Positions 50,221 through 59,272 of a stretch of 64,000 bases of DNA are shown here, one piece after another. A program made the position numbers and the translations under genes. Origin of the DNA: an uncultured Pseudomonadota bacterium. GTDB lineage: Bacteria > Pseudomonadota > Alphaproteobacteria > Sphingomonadales > Sphingomonadaceae. Below the pieces are notes generated by a model. That model did not search any database. It was not told the DNA's origin and was given only the letters and a program-made list of their open reading frames with translations. Positions within the stretch are counted from its first letter, which is position 1; every line of letters starts with the position of its first letter. The stretch is from the NCBI GenBank assembly GCA_963748685.1, contig CAVVKB010000006.1, positions 876 to 64,875 of the forward strand. Reading direction: 5' to 3'.

Positions 50221-51460
50221 CGAATATCCCCTAGCCGATAACGAACGAACAACGTCCCGGTCACATCTGCCTTGGGGTCGGGGCCTGTCAGCAGGATCTT
50301 GCGCGCTGCTAGATCAGCACCGGCAAACAATCTGTTACCGATGCGCCGGGAATAGCTCGCCGCACCCCGGAGGTACGTCGAGCGCAAAAATACTTGCTGA
50401 GCGTTAAATGAGGTTGGATTGGAATAACGATTGACGCTTCCCGAGAGCTGAAAAGTATCGTCCGGACCCAGTTGCTTCGAGTAATTCGCCGATAAATTGA
50501 TCGACCTCGAGGGTCCGAGGGCCGTCGCGGTTTCCTGGCCGATACTGAAATTACCGCAGAAATTGTCGGTCTCTCCACGCCAGCACGCGTTGAGGTCGCC
50601 GGCGAAGCCTTTTGAATGCGTGGTGATGAAGCCGTCATAGACCGAAGAAAAGGAGACCCCGACTGAACCGCCGACCGTGAGGCGGGCGGAGAACTGCTTG
50701 GTCAATGTTAGTCGTGGCGTTATCGACCGTACTCGGGCCGGACCGTCATAGTCGGTCGTGACAGCACCGACCGAAGCGCCAATCGTGGTTGTTGGATTAA
50801 GTTGACGGTTCCAGCCCACCGACACCGGGATTGACGTGTATCGCGTGTCAATAAGGCCGTTCTTGGAAACGACATAAGTTGCGCCTGACGAAATCGACAC
50901 CGAATTCGGGCACTGAGTGTCACCTGAGCGCCGATATTGCCGGTCGCCCGATATTGCTTGCCGGTGGCCGAGAGGAAATCTCCACCCGGCGGGAGCAACT
51001 GGGGCGGCAGCACCGTCCCCGGTGGCAGGGGCACGCCGGGGATGCTGTTGATGCGGGTGTCGAGCTGGCCACCCTGGTCATAGGAAAAGTCGACGTCTCC
51101 GAAGAGACTGAGCTTCTCGGTGACCCGGGCATCATGGCGCGCGCTGAGGTCCGCCGACTGCCGAGATCCCAGCTGTTTTGCGTAAAAGGAGTTCTGCGCG
51201 TACGCCGAAAGGACGGTCGTCGTCCGCTCGCTGACGCGAGTGTGAACACCGCGGACCGAGACGCGGCCGAAGACTGAGCCGGTATTGCTGCCAAATCCCA
51301 GATCGGGATTGGTTGAGTAACCCACACCTCCCTCAAGGTCGACGTAGGTAGACGTGCCACGACGAGCCGCCGGCGCCGTACTTTCAGTCGTGGCAGGCGG
51401 AGTCTCGGGCGCGGTCGTGACTTGGGCCGCCGCGGCGCTGATCAGGAGCAAGGGTCCCAT
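50217..51460 (-). CDS. Probable outer-membrane beta-barrel protein of the EPS export system; one frameshift near 50900
   Basis: Signal peptide, GVGYSTNP, alternating amphipathic strands, C-terminal LFVRYRLG; lies between wza and the co-polymerase. Confidence 0.65.
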
Positions 51461-52101
51461 TACGGAACCACCAGCGTATCGCCGGTTTCGATCCGCGGAA
51501 TGTCGTTCCGTGAGAGCGCTCCGGTGTCGCCTCGAAGCGCATCCTGAAGGCGAACGGGCACCGCATACAATCGATCGCCCGTTTTGCGGATCACTCGCGC
51601 TGACCCGGTGTTGGCGAACTCCGTCGGTCCGCCCGCAATGGCGAGTGCTTCCAGCGCATTGACGTAGCGCCCAGGTGTGAAAGTCCCTGGGCTCCGAACC
51701 TTGCCGATTACCGAGAACTGATAGCCACTTGGCTTCTGAACCGAGACCGTCACCTGGGGGACCGGGCCCTTGTATTGCGGCTGGAGGCCCGCCGTGATGA
51801 CCCGCTCGAGCTCGCTTGGCAGCCGGCCGGCGGCGTTTACCTGACCGACCAGCGGGAATGCAAAGGTGCCGTCAGGGAGGACAAGTACGTTGCGCTGAAG
51901 TCTCTCGTCACCCCAGACCAGAACCGCGAGCTCATCACCCGGGTTGATTCGATAAGGTGTGCTGGACACCGTGGCCGACGGCGGCACGGATAACGGCGCC
52001 TGCGCAATGGCCGATCCGGTCATGCTGGCGAACGCAAGGCATGCCGCAATGATTGCCAAAGGTCGTTTACTCACCACCGTCCCCTTCTGAAACATCCTCA
52101 C
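51460..52101 (-). CDS. wza: Polysaccharide biosynthesis/export protein (Wza/OPX, short form)
   Basis: YRINPGDEL, VLPDGTFAFPLVG, VIGKVRSPG, ALAIAGGPTEFA, GDTLVVP. Confidence 0.88.
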   Translation of the reverse strand: MRMFQKGTVVSKRPLAIIAACLAFASMTGSAIAQAPLSVPPSATVSSTPYRINPGDELAVLVWGDERLQRNVLVLPDGTFAFPLVGQVNAAGRLPSELERVITAGLQPQYKGPVPQVTVSVQKPSGYQFSVIGKVRSPGTFTPGRYVNALEALAIAGGPTEFANTGSARVIRKTGDRLYAVPVRLQDALRGDTGALSRNDIPRIETGDTLVVP

Positions 52102-52146
52102 GAAACCAGCGACCTAACGCCGGTCATCGTATTACACTCTATTGCC

Positions 52147-53625
52147 TTGTTAAATTTAGAAAAGGATAATCCCCGCCCTCGGAGTAGCCATTTGTTGTCG
52201 TTCTCGAAGCATCATATCCTGCGCATAGTCGCTTGCCTATGCGCCTTGTGCACGCTGGCCGGCTGCGACCGGACGGAGGCGCGCGCCCGCGACGCCTTCA
52301 GCAACTATCAAACAGCGGCGGCCGCCAATGATCTCGTCGGAGCAAGACAGGCGCTGCTTGAACTGGTTCGAGTTAAAGAGGACGTTCCGGATTATTGGGC
52401 GCAGCTTGGCAAAATTCAGGTCACGCTAGGTAGCGATAGCGATGCCTATTACGCGTTCACCCGGGCCTATGAGCTGGATCGGCGAAATCCCGAACTGGTT
52501 CGCGCCGTGACGCAATTGGCGCTGCAAACGGGAGATATCGTTCAGGCCCAAAAGCATGTGGAGGAACTCGAAATACTGGCGCCGAGTGACCCTTGGATCC
52601 AACTGACCAAGGGATGGTCGGCGATTGGGCAGCTGCGCTACGGTGAAGCGCTGGTCTCTAGTGATGCGATCCTGACCAACACGCCGTTGGACGCCAATGC
52701 AATTGTATTGAAGGGCCGCGCCCTGGTGGGCCTTGATCGAACGGACGAGGCTATTGAACTCTTGCAGAAGCAGATGGCTTCGCAGCCGTCCGATACCGGC
52801 AGCCTCCAACTCCTCTCGCGCATCTATGTCCGACAAAATGATTGGCCAAAAGCCGCGATGATCGCACAGCGGCTCAGCGAGCTGACCCCTGACAATCAGG
52901 CGAACAAGCTGCTTTTAGTCGAGGCTAGCCTCCGGTCAGGCAATTTCGCTCTTGCTCGCGAAGCTTCGGCAAACATCCTGAAGCCGGACGCTCAGCCGAC
53001 CACGATCGCTTCGGTTCTCGATCTTTGGGCGGATTTCTGGCCATCATCGCAGCGCGCGCAGGACGCATTGAAATTTGCCTCGCAGTCTCCGGCTTTGAAC
53101 CAGAAGCTTGTTTATGCCGGCTTCCTGAACAGGATCAACGACCCGGCCGATAGCATGCGCATCGCGTCTCAAGCAGCGGGCCTGCCGGTCAACGGCGGAA
53201 ATGCCGAGGCGGACGCCGTGCTCGCCGATAGCTGGTCGCGTACCGGTAATGTCAAAGCGGCGATGGATCGCTTCAATGCGGTGATCGCATTTGATCCCGG
53301 GAATGCGACCGCCCTTCGAGGAAGAGCCGAACTCGAGCTCCGCCTGGGGAACGCGAAATCAGCCGTTATCGATGCCCAGAAGCTTGTCACGGTCCTCCCG
53401 TCATCCGCTCGAGATCGCCTTCTACTTGCCAAATCTTTCGTTAGAGCAGGAGACAGTCAGTGGGCCGATCGAACCCTGTGGACAGCTTTTCAAGAGCTCC
53501 CCGGCGATGAGAAAATCTACTACGCTCTCCTGGCAAACAAGCAGGGGAACTCCGATGTCTTGCATGAGGTTCAAGAGGAATTCGCGAGACAGCGCGACGC
53601 GCGTCTCAACCGGGGGCTCCTTTAG
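52147..53625 (+). CDS. TPR-repeat lipoprotein (PrsT-like)
   Basis: Lipobox LAGC and multiple TPR-like helix pairs (AYYAFTRAYELD, AVIAFDPGNATALRGRAEL). Confidence 0.75.
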   Translation: MLNLEKDNPRPRSSHLLSFSKHHILRIVACLCALCTLAGCDRTEARARDAFSNYQTAAAANDLVGARQALLELVRVKEDVPDYWAQLGKIQVTLGSDSDAYYAFTRAYELDRRNPELVRAVTQLALQTGDIVQAQKHVEELEILAPSDPWIQLTKGWSAIGQLRYGEALVSSDAILTNTPLDANAIVLKGRALVGLDRTDEAIELLQKQMASQPSDTGSLQLLSRIYVRQNDWPKAAMIAQRLSELTPDNQANKLLLVEASLRSGNFALAREASANILKPDAQPTTIASVLDLWADFWPSSQRAQDALKFASQSPALNQKLVYAGFLNRINDPADSMRIASQAAGLPVNGGNAEADAVLADSWSRTGNVKAAMDRFNAVIAFDPGNATALRGRAELELRLGNAKSAVIDAQKLVTVLPSSARDRLLLAKSFVRAGDSQWADRTLWTAFQELPGDEKIYYALLANKQGNSDVLHEVQEEFARQRDARLNRGLL

Positions 53626-55118
53626 TGCGCATGGACGATAGCTTGGACCTGAAGAGGAAGGGCACGTTCGAGCCTGTTGCCGCACCGGTCGCGGAAGCGC
53701 GACCATTCAGGCGCGGGCTGCGATTCACGTCCAATGTCGTCGGGTCACTGTTCTTCGTCACCGACGTCATCTGTTTTATCGTCAGCGCACCGATTACTCT
53801 CGCCGCTTACTCCGCGCTTCGGGGCCAGCGCCTGGATTTCTCGGTCCACATTGGCGCGTTCATCCTGATGCTCGGCAGCTTCCTCCTCCTCAGAATGTCA
53901 CGGCACGCCTACCGCCGCAGTCTCCTCGATTTGAGCGAGAGCAGCGACACCACGTTCGACGCGGTCATCAGCAGCCTGATCGCCTCCGCTCTGATCTGGC
54001 AAGCGGGCCTGGTGGACAATTATTCGCGCGGCGTGACTCTCCTCTTCCTCTTGAGCGTCGTTGTTGCCCTGTCCATCTCGCGACCGTTACTTTATCGCTG
54101 GATCACCCGGCTTTCGAAAGCGGGCCAGATCCAGCAGCGCATCGCTTTCTACGGCGCGGACCCGGCGTCGGTCGCGTTGACCAGGCAATTGCTCGAATCG
54201 CTAAAGTTCCCGCACCTGAATTTCATCGGCATCGCGGACGACCGGGCCCGGGAAACGCCGTTTGCGGAGCTTCCGATGCTCGGCGACCTGGCGCAGCTGT
54301 GCGCGATGGCGCGCCGCGGCGAAGTCGACCAGGTGCTGATCAGCGGAGCCAAATTCTCACCCCATCGTCTCGAACAAATTGTCGAAGGCTTGAGTGAAGT
54401 GGCTGTGGACGTCTCCCTGATCCCGTCACAGGCGATCGAATTGTCACCGAATTACCACGTAAACCTGCTCGGGACCGTACCAGTCCTCACATTGTGGCAA
54501 CGCCCGATGCGGGACATGAACCAGGTCGTGAAGCGTGCCGAGGATATCGCGCTGAGTTCGCTCGCCATTCTGCTCCTGTCCCCTGTCCTGGCCGCTGTGG
54601 CGCTGCTTGTTCGAATCAGCAGCCCGGGGCCGATCCTGTTCATTCAGCCGCGGGTCGGCTTCAACAATGAAACCATCTCGGTCTTCAAGTTCCGCACCAT
54701 GTACACCGACATGGCCGACGTCGGAGCGCGCAAGACGACGACGCGGGACGATCCCAGGGTGACCCCTTTTGGGCGCTTCCTTCGCCGGTTCAGCCTCGAT
54801 GAGCTTCCTCAACTCCTCAACGTTCTTCAAGGCAACATGTCCCTGGTCGGGCCTCGCCCTCACGGCACCGAGATGATGGTTGGCGATCGTTTCTACCACG
54901 AGGCTGTCCGGGGCTACGTCGGCCGGCACCGCGTCAAGCCCGGCATCACCGGATACGCACAGGTCAAAGGCCTGCGCGGCGAGGTGCGGACGATCGAGCG
55001 GGCGAAAAGGCGGATCGAGCTCGACAAGCATTATGTCGACAATTGGTCATTCTGGTTCGACATCTGGATCTTGTTCGCGACAGTTCGAGCGGTTCTGTTT
55101 GATGCTGATGCATACTAA
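53625..55118 (+). CDS. Priming polyprenyl-phosphate glycosylphosphotransferase (WcaJ/GumD-like)
   Basis: Four N-terminal TMs; KRAEDI, SPGPILFIQPRVG, FKFRTM, DPRVTPFGRFLRRFSLDELPQLLNVLQGNMSLVGPRP, VKPGITGYAQV. Confidence 0.93.
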   Translation: MRMDDSLDLKRKGTFEPVAAPVAEARPFRRGLRFTSNVVGSLFFVTDVICFIVSAPITLAAYSALRGQRLDFSVHIGAFILMLGSFLLLRMSRHAYRRSLLDLSESSDTTFDAVISSLIASALIWQAGLVDNYSRGVTLLFLLSVVVALSISRPLLYRWITRLSKAGQIQQRIAFYGADPASVALTRQLLESLKFPHLNFIGIADDRARETPFAELPMLGDLAQLCAMARRGEVDQVLISGAKFSPHRLEQIVEGLSEVAVDVSLIPSQAIELSPNYHVNLLGTVPVLTLWQRPMRDMNQVVKRAEDIALSSLAILLLSPVLAAVALLVRISSPGPILFIQPRVGFNNETISVFKFRTMYTDMADVGARKTTTRDDPRVTPFGRFLRRFSLDELPQLLNVLQGNMSLVGPRPHGTEMMVGDRFYHEAVRGYVGRHRVKPGITGYAQVKGLRGEVRTIERAKRRIELDKHYVDNWSFWFDIWILFATVRAVLFDADAY

Positions 55119-56883
55119 TCGGATCGAATTCCTCGACCTCCAGTTCGACCGAGCAACCTTCGAGCAAGTCAAAGCCTGGCTAAGGTCCGTCACTCCGGCA
55201 AAGCCCTATGGTTATGTCGTCACGCCGAACGTCGACCTGACCGTCCGGGCACACCGTGAGCAGGGCTTGAGCCAACTCTACAGCGACGCGGATCTGTGCG
55301 TGTGCGATAGCCGAATCCTCCGCCTGCTTGCACGCACCTGCGGCATCAAGCTGCCGCTCGTCCCGGGGAGCGATCTCGCGGCAACGACGCTCAGTCAGCT
55401 GGCGAAGTCGGGGGACACGATTGCCGTCGTTGGCAGTACGCCAATGTCAGTGAGCCAGCTGCGCGATAAATTCCCCGCGATCAAATTTGTCCACCACGAG
55501 CCACCAATGGGTCTTCGGCAAGATCCCATAGCTCGCCGCGCCGCCGCGGAATTCATCGCGTCGTCCGGCGCTCGTTTCACCTTGCTCGCAGTCGGGTCGC
55601 CCCAACAGGAAATGATCGCGAATGAGGTCGGGAGCTGTTCCGGCGCTGGTGGAATAGCGCTGTGCATCGGAGCGGGCCTTGATTTCATCACGGGAGAACA
55701 GAAGCGCGCACCTAAGATAATCCAGAAGCTGAGTCTGGAATGGGCGCACCGGTTAGCAAGCAACCCGCGGCGACTGTGGCGTCGGTATTTGGTCGAGGGC
55801 GTGAGGATTTTCCCGATCTACGCGAAGTGGCGCGCCCGAAACCTGAGCCGACGCAGCCTGACCATCTTTGCAGCCGTCATCGGGGGAGCCGGACTGGTCC
55901 TCCTGGGCGTGCTGTGGGAGCGGGCCGGCAGGACAGCGGGCTCGGTCACTGCGACCGTGCCGCAACCAGCCGGGATTGCACAAATACAGTTGCCACCTCC
56001 AAATTTGCTCAAGCCCCTGACGCCACAACAAGCTGCCGAACAGAATGCAGAGCGACCGTTTGTCGGTCGGCCGGACAGTCCCGCCGCCAAGTTTATCCTC
56101 CACACGGACGAGGCCGATCGGGAGCGCGCGCTCAACTGCCTGGCGCAGGCCGTGTATTACGAAGCCGCCAGCGAGGGCGCCGAAGGCGGACGGGCGGTTG
56201 CGCAGGTTGTGCTCAACCGAATGCGTCACCCAGGTTATCCAGCCAGCGTCTGCGGCGTCGTCTACCAAGGGGCAGATCGACCATCGGGCTGCCAGTTCAC
56301 CTTCACCTGCGACGGATCGTTGCTGCGGACACCGGTGGCCGCACTCTGGACGAGGTCGCGTAAGATCGCGCAGGACGCGCTCGCGGGCCGCGTGTTCGCG
56401 CCGGTTGGCCATGCCACTCATTATCATGCGGATTATGTCCTGCCTTATTGGGCGGACTCGCTGGACAAGAGTGTCGAAATTGGTCGCCACATCTTCTACC
56501 GCCTGCGCAGCTCGCTCGGCGACAGCAACGCATTCTCGCAGCGCTATGCCGGCGTCGAACCCGAGCCGCCACGGCCGGCGCAACCCGGCGCAACGGTCGT
56601 TATTCCATCGACAGCGGTGACCGAGCAGCTCGCGAACGCCCTGATCGGTGACGAGGTGAATAGTGGCCCCCAGCAGGTCGAGAAGGCGTCAGCCCAGCCG
56701 ATCTCGCCATTGCTGGTCGACACTTCGCCCGCATCCCTGGTCGCGGACTCCGGCTTTCCGAAGCCGCTGGCTCCCAAAGCGAAATCGGCCAGGGATTGCC
56801 CTACGGCATTGGACGATAAGCGCATATCGCCACTGAGACCGAACGACGTCCGATCGTCGGTCGCTCCTTCGCCAGTCTGCTAA
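55102..56883 (+). CDS. Fusion: WecG/TagA/CpsF (GT26) glycosyltransferase + TM helix + SleB/CwlJ-like cell-wall hydrolase (Hydrolase_2)
   Basis: One uninterrupted frame. VVTPNVD, VPGSDL, VGSPQQE, KRAP, LEWAHRL..NPRRLWRRY (GT26); hydrophobic SLTIFAAVIGGAGLVLLGVLW; CLAQAVYYEA, AVAQVVLNR, VCGVVYQG, CQFTFTCDGS, ATHYHADYV.PYWA, IGRHIFY (Hydrolase_2). Confidence 0.75.
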   Translation: MLMHTNRIEFLDLQFDRATFEQVKAWLRSVTPAKPYGYVVTPNVDLTVRAHREQGLSQLYSDADLCVCDSRILRLLARTCGIKLPLVPGSDLAATTLSQLAKSGDTIAVVGSTPMSVSQLRDKFPAIKFVHHEPPMGLRQDPIARRAAAEFIASSGARFTLLAVGSPQQEMIANEVGSCSGAGGIALCIGAGLDFITGEQKRAPKIIQKLSLEWAHRLASNPRRLWRRYLVEGVRIFPIYAKWRARNLSRRSLTIFAAVIGGAGLVLLGVLWERAGRTAGSVTATVPQPAGIAQIQLPPPNLLKPLTPQQAAEQNAERPFVGRPDSPAAKFILHTDEADRERALNCLAQAVYYEAASEGAEGGRAVAQVVLNRMRHPGYPASVCGVVYQGADRPSGCQFTFTCDGSLLRTPVAALWTRSRKIAQDALAGRVFAPVGHATHYHADYVLPYWADSLDKSVEIGRHIFYRLRSSLGDSNAFSQRYAGVEPEPPRPAQPGATVVIPSTAVTEQLANALIGDEVNSGPQQVEKASAQPISPLLVDTSPASLVADSGFPKPLAPKAKSARDCPTALDDKRISPLRPNDVRSSVAPSPVC

Positions 56884-56900
56884 GGACCTCAGTCCCCAAT

Positions 56901-56932
56901 AAAAAAGCGGCCCGGCGAAACGCCGGGCCGCT
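56901..56932 (-). terminator. Intrinsic terminator of PEP-CTERM gene 1 (possibly bidirectional)
   Basis: AGCGGCCCGGCG-AAA-CGCCGGGCCGCT perfect stem preceded by an A-run on plus (a U-tract on minus). Confidence 0.8.
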
Positions 56933-56956
56933 GAGATAATCGAAAGATACCTGATT

Positions 56957-57622
56957 CTAGGCGATCTGGAGCAATCTGGCTTCAGGCTTGCGGCGACGGC
57001 GCATGGCCATGCCGATCCCGCCAAATCCCACGAGCATCATCGCCCAGGTGGCCGGTTCTGGAACTGGTGGATGCAGGACAACCCCACTGCCTTCGCCGGA
57101 TGGGCCACCGCTTCCGCCAATGGAGGCATAGCGGTCGACGAAGTTGCTGAGCGTTACCGGTCCCGAATTGAAATTCAGCGTGAACCCGCCATTAAACGAG
57201 GTGGCCTGGCCGTTGGCAGCACCGCAATTGTTGCCGCTGTAAAAGCATGCATCGACCGTGCCGACCCCAGGGAAGTTTGCGTTCGCGCCGAATTTCAGCG
57301 GATCGCCGACGGGCGACGTGACGCTCGCAAGCGTCGGGTCCGTGTCGAACGCAAAGCCCACCAGTTTGGCGATCGTGCCCGTGTTGTTGAAAGAATAGTT
57401 GAAAATATACGAATTGCCGATGCCACCAGTCAGCGTGAGAAGGAGCGAAGCGGTCGTGCCGCTTGGTCCACCGAAATTGACCGTGAAGGCGTTCGTGCCA
57501 GCATTATGGTTCAGCCCGACCGTACCGTCCGCGTTAAGAACGATGGCGGCGCTTGCAGGAGTCGCGGCCACCGCCAGCCCGAGAGCCGCGGTCGCCAGTG
57601 CAAGTTTCATAACCCGTCGCAT
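56957..57622 (-). CDS. PEP-CTERM (PEPxxWA) surface protein, cistern-family-like
   Basis: Signal peptide, Gly/Asn/Thr-rich body, GFAFDTDP, Cys pair DACFYSGNNCG, VDRYASI, VPEPATWAMMLVGFGGIGMAMRRRRK. Confidence 0.88.
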   Translation of the reverse strand: MRRVMKLALATAALGLAVAATPASAAIVLNADGTVGLNHNAGTNAFTVNFGGPSGTTASLLLTLTGGIGNSYIFNYSFNNTGTIAKLVGFAFDTDPTLASVTSPVGDPLKFGANANFPGVGTVDACFYSGNNCGAANGQATSFNGGFTLNFNSGPVTLSNFVDRYASIGGSGGPSGEGSGVVLHPPVPEPATWAMMLVGFGGIGMAMRRRRKPEARLLQIA

Positions 57623-57709
57623 GTTAATCCCTTTCGTTGCCCCTGGGCTGCTGTCGCCAATTCAGCGACGGTCATCCCGATCCGCGGCTCAAATGCATGA
57701 TCCGTCGAA

Positions 57710-57724
57710 TTAAATTTTTGTTAA
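57710..57724. promoter_or_regulatory. Full CtrA-type box TTAA-N7-TTAA upstream of PEP-CTERM gene 1
   Basis: TTAA-ATTTTTG-TTAA, about 90 bp upstream of the start codon at 57622. Confidence 0.55.
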
Positions 57725-57815
57725 ATGCCGAAGCGACGGGCTGCAAGCAGCGAAAATCGGCGGTTGGCGCAAACCGTCCCGACTTGGGCCACCGCTGCTC
57801 GTCGAAGTAGTCGAT

Positions 57816-57850
57816 AAAAAACGGCCCGGCAAAACTGCCAGGCCGCTTTT
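57816..57850 (-). terminator. Intrinsic terminator of PEP-CTERM gene 2
   Basis: AAAAAA-CGGCCCGGCA-AAAC-TGCCAGGCCG-CTTTT. On the minus strand the single mismatch is a G-U pair, and the stem is followed by a U-tract. Confidence 0.75.
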
Positions 57851-57868
57851 CGTAAAGGAGATCGCGTT

Positions 57869-58597
57869 CTAGGCGACCTGGAGAAGCTTGCCGTGCCCCT
57901 TGCGACGGCGACGCATGGCCACGCCAATCCCGCCAAATCCGACGAGCATCATCGCCCAAGTCGCGGGTTCCGGAACAGGCGGCGTGTTTGTCACAAAACC
58001 TTCCGCTGAGCCCGGAGGACCATCGATCCCCTGATAGCGATCGAGAATATTGCTGAGTGTCAGCGAAGTCCTGGTCGTGTCGAAATAAAGCCTGAAGGTG
58101 CCGGAGCCTGAGCTGCCGGCTGCCGGGCCGCCTTGGCTGCCACCGCAATTATTGTCCTGGCCGTTCTTCAGGCAGAAATCCAAGGAATTGTTGGCAAGAG
58201 AGCCCGACGACTGAATATCGTACGTCTCACCGGTGCCAGGCTTCGATTTGGCCAGATCAAAGGACGTCAGGGGAGTGATATCAAAGCCAAAAGCGGTGAC
58301 GCGTGATGTGGTGCTGGAGGTGTTCGAAATCAGATAGTCGAACAGAAAGCTGGTACCGCCGTCGGCATTCCCCGTCGTGCCTTTGAAGGTCAGCTTTAAT
58401 GACGACGAGAGCCCTGGATAGACAACGTTGTCCGCCTGCCCGTTCAAAGTGAGAAGGACGAAGTCGTTCACGGCGGTGCTGCCATTGATCGTAAGGGTGG
58501 TGCTGGCTCCTGAGCCGCCGACAGTTATTGCTGCGGCCGCGGGAGTCGCAGCTGCAATTGCAGCTGTCGCGAGTGCCGCCATTAGTACGCGTCGCAT
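57869..58597 (-). CDS. PEP-CTERM (PEPxxWA) surface protein, cistern-family-like
   Basis: Signal peptide, LSSSLKLTF, SRVTAFGFD, Cys pair DFCLKNGQDNNCGG, LDRYQGI, VPEPATWAMMLVGFGGIGVAMRRRRK. Confidence 0.88.
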   Translation of the reverse strand: MRRVLMAALATAAIAAATPAAAAITVGGSGASTTLTINGSTAVNDFVLLTLNGQADNVVYPGLSSSLKLTFKGTTGNADGGTSFLFDYLISNTSSTTSRVTAFGFDITPLTSFDLAKSKPGTGETYDIQSSGSLANNSLDFCLKNGQDNNCGGSQGGPAAGSSGSGTFRLYFDTTRTSLTLSNILDRYQGIDGPPGSAEGFVTNTPPVPEPATWAMMLVGFGGIGVAMRRRRKGHGKLLQVA

Positions 58598-58711
58598 AAA
58601 AGTTCCCTTCTGTTGCCCCTGGAGCAGTCTCTCTCACCTGATGATCGGAGACTTCCCCGGTCTGCCCAACCGCTTTCGCAGCGCGTAAACGCAGCTAAGT
58701 CTTAGCGGGAT

Positions 58712-58727
58712 TAAACGATTTCTTAAC
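58712..58727. promoter_or_regulatory. CtrA-like box upstream of PEP-CTERM gene 2
   Basis: TAAA-CGATTTC-TTAAC, one mismatch, about 115 bp upstream of the start at 58597. Confidence 0.45.
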
Positions 58728-58797
58728 CAATCACAATCGGATGGAGCAAATAAAGCAGCGGCCACACAAACGCGTGAGGGACGCTGTGTAATCTACC

Positions 58798-58813
58798 TGT
58801 CGGGTTTCCGACA
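58798..58813. promoter_or_regulatory. Palindrome TGTCGG-GTTT-CCGACA (candidate PrsR enhancer or LuxR operator)
   Basis: Perfect 6-bp arms in TGT-N10-ACA format; resembles TGTCGGTGAATTGACA upstream of prsK. Confidence 0.5.
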
Positions 58814-58976
58814 CTATCGGGCGCAGCGCACGGCCCCTCGGGATGAAATCCTTTCGTCCTAACGTTGTCCTCAACGCCGACTGTGCGAATCTGGCACAGC
58901 CCGCCCAACCGCCTGTCATGGGCGGCGGACCGCGCCTAAAAGGTGAAATCTACTGAGGGAACTCAACTAGGGGCCA

Positions 58977-59201
58977 ATGGTGAACGTGCAAACCCAACCG
59001 GACGATTTCATCAGCTTGTCTGATCGCGAGCGGGAGGTGCTTCAATGCATTGCCCGCGGGCTTTCGTCCAAGCAATGTGCGCAGGAGCTCAGCATCGCCC
59101 CGCGCACCGTGGAGCGCCACGTCGAGAACCTCCGCAACAAACTGCATGCCAGGAACAAGCCGCATCTCGTCGCCAAGGCGCTGACCGGCGGACACATTTA
59201 A
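58977..59201 (+). CDS. Stand-alone LuxR/GerE-type HTH regulator
   Basis: LSDREREVLQCIARGLSSKQCAQELSIAPRTVERHVENLRNKL; 74 aa, no sensor domain. Confidence 0.88.
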   Translation: MVNVQTQPDDFISLSDREREVLQCIARGLSSKQCAQELSIAPRTVERHVENLRNKLHARNKPHLVAKALTGGHI

Positions 59202-59272
59202 GACCGCCGCAGCCTCTCCTCTCCATTTCCATCCCGCTTTGCTATGACGAGCGCGGACCACCAGCCGACGGA

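Noticed and set aside
54880-55101. N-terminal 74-aa extension of the GT26 fusion ORF
   Set aside because: It overlaps the priming glycosyltransferase in another frame and has no domain similarity. The start at 55102 or 55108 is more plausible.
58892-58906. TGGCAC as a sigma-54 -24 element upstream of the LuxR gene
   Set aside because: There is no TTGC/GC at the required -12 spacing (the sequence reads TGGCACAGCCCGCCC).
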